From Antedon mediterranea (lineage: Eukaryota > Animalia > Echinodermata), in assembly GCF_964355755.1 (NCBI RefSeq), contig NC_092674.1:2852001-2916000 (forward strand): DNA of 64,000 bases, read 5' to 3'. Position numbers and translations under genes: made by a program. Below are positions 62,009 through 64,000 of this stretch, piece after piece. Positions within the stretch are counted from its first letter, which is position 1. Each line of letters starts with the position of its first letter. The notes beneath the pieces were generated by a model, which worked only from the letters and a program-made list of their open reading frames with translations, did no database searches and was not told the DNA's origin.

Positions 62009-63788
62009 GACAATAATTACTGTCCAAAATGTACAAACAACTTTTTAGTTTAAAGTTGAAACTACGAGATACAGTAATGTGCCCATTTTACAATGCCAAG
62101 TATGGGGATGCATGTTCTAACATAACATTTTTTAAATGAAGAAAAACATGAAATGAAGGTCACTAAACATAGGGCGGTTCTGCAAGGCCATACGGTTGTG
62201 AAAACACTTAAGCCAGCAATTAAATGACATAGTTTGTAATGTACTTCTGCAGTACAGTATTTTATTATTTTAGTACATATTGGAACAAATTTACTGTATG
62301 TAACAGTATGATAGTATTTAATGCATTTATAGACGTGTATTCATTAATAATAATACTTAATATTAAAATTTAGGTAGGTAGGTTGGGCTAACAAAACTTA
62401 TAACTAGACTACTGTAACATACTTTAATTTGCAAGGACTATATCATCTCCTAGTATAGAGTGACATACTATTGTCATTCTTTTTATTGTAATTGGCCCAA
62501 CAGAGGATTTAAAAAGGGATACAATAAATAACTTTTGATTGCAATGTATTACATTGTATATATCCAGTATTTTGATAAACTTCCCACTAGAACGTAACGC
62601 AAGGACGTAAACGCAACACAAGCGTTTTAACCAATGACAGGGGAAGTTATATACAGAAGCAATCACAAGCGAATAAGCCATCGCTTGTGATTGGTCAATT
62701 CACTTGCGTTGCGTTACGTCCTTGTGTTGCGTCGCTAGTGGGAAGCACGCTTTATGCATAAAGTAACAGAGCTTAAAGAACTATTAACCAGGTGTGACAT
62801 TGCATTAACACTGTCAGTTAATGTAGTTCAGTTTATATTCCATGTTTTAATTAGAAAACCTGAGACACATGTCACAAAGCAAACACAAACTCTGGTTAAT
62901 TTATTTGACAGTCTCTGGCTATTACCTGTATAGCAGAGTCATTTTTAAACATACTTTAATGTGACTACAGCTTTAATTCAAAATCTTTCTCAAGAAAATG
63001 ATAATAATTGTAAACACACTAACAAACCTTGCATTTCTCCTAAGACAACCAATTTGATTTTCTCTTTCATGATTTAAAGTTCCAATTTAACATAATTTAA
63101 AATCCATAAGCACAATGATTTTCACTTCAAATACAGTTAATACTGTAAATGTATATTTGACTATAAAAAAACTTAGTATGTGTACTAGTAATACTGTAGC
63201 CACGTTGCAATGGTTTGGAATGGATTGCAGATGGACTTCACACTCTCGGTCGGTCTGCAATCTGAACTTTCTAGTTTGTGTACTTTACTCAAACAGCACA
63301 ATACTTTACAAATTATAAATATCATCAATAGTTTATGGACTATACCAAATTTGTGGAGAGGGGTGTTCAATGAAAATTTCTACTTTTCGAGTTATATCCT
63401 CGCTCTTCAAGGAGAAAGGGGCTATTGTCGGTTTATCCAGGTACTGTAAGCTAGGCACGAAATAGACTATAAACATCATCAATTCAATACACTGACATGA
63501 AATTAAATGTCAAAAAGATTGTCATCATCTGTATGTATGGCTATGCGATTTTATATTTAATTAAATATTTTATAAATTATTTTAAAATCAGTTGCAGTGT
63601 ATATCTTTATTCATCCCTCATGGGGCAATTAACAAAAGAATTAGAAGGATATGGATTTCAGTACAGTAGCTTACGATAAAAAGTATAAAAAGTACAAATT
63701 TCAACATCAAACAAAATATATAGAATTCTTAAGAATTATAAAATGTTTAAGTTAAGATAATAAAAGGTAAAATTTATAAAATGTTATT

Positions 63789-63920
63789 TATTTAATAGTC
63801 TGATGGCAAAAGGCACAAATGAATTTCTTAATTTAGGTTTAGTTTTGCAAGTTTTACACCTGTATAATAACGGCGGTCATGAGGCAACACTTCATATTCC
63901 TTATAAACAATTTCTGGTGG
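63789..63920 (-). mobile_element. Degenerate 3' end of a LINE (Rex1/Babar- or L2-like)
   Basis: Minus strand reads EYEVLPHDRRY...LRNSFVPFAIRLLNK*, resembling the LPSGRRY..KNSF.P.AIRLLN C-terminus of these RT ORFs. Confidence 0.5.
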
Positions 63921-64000
63921 TACATACCGAGTCCAATTTTTATTTTTCACACACAAATCATTCATACTGAAGATTAGAATACAATAATATCCTGGAAAAT

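Overview
AT-rich, intron-rich eukaryotic DNA from an invertebrate animal (species not determinable from sequence). Genes were assembled by hand from splice signals and frame continuity. Left to right: two tandem IL-1-receptor-like genes (2 Ig domains, TM, TIR; + strand), RBMX2 (-) head-to-head with a CCDC160-like gene (+), a secreted prohormone-like precursor with two perfect CRE sites upstream (+), a 12-exon 404-aa major-vault-protein-like/SPFH protein (-) head-to-head with an ACSL3/4-type acyl-CoA ligase (+), and Rab6 (-, first exon outside the window). The most striking signal is in Rab6: one U12 (minor spliceosome) 5' splice site faces two alternative terminal exons. Each has its own U12 branch point and encodes a different hypervariable tail ending in a CxC prenylation motif (GGCAC vs AGCYC). 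Mobile DNA includes an internally deleted pogo-like element, a Sola2-like element with ~690-bp TIRs interrupted by a tRNA-derived SINE, several non-autonomous DNA transposons and many Harbinger-type MITEs.
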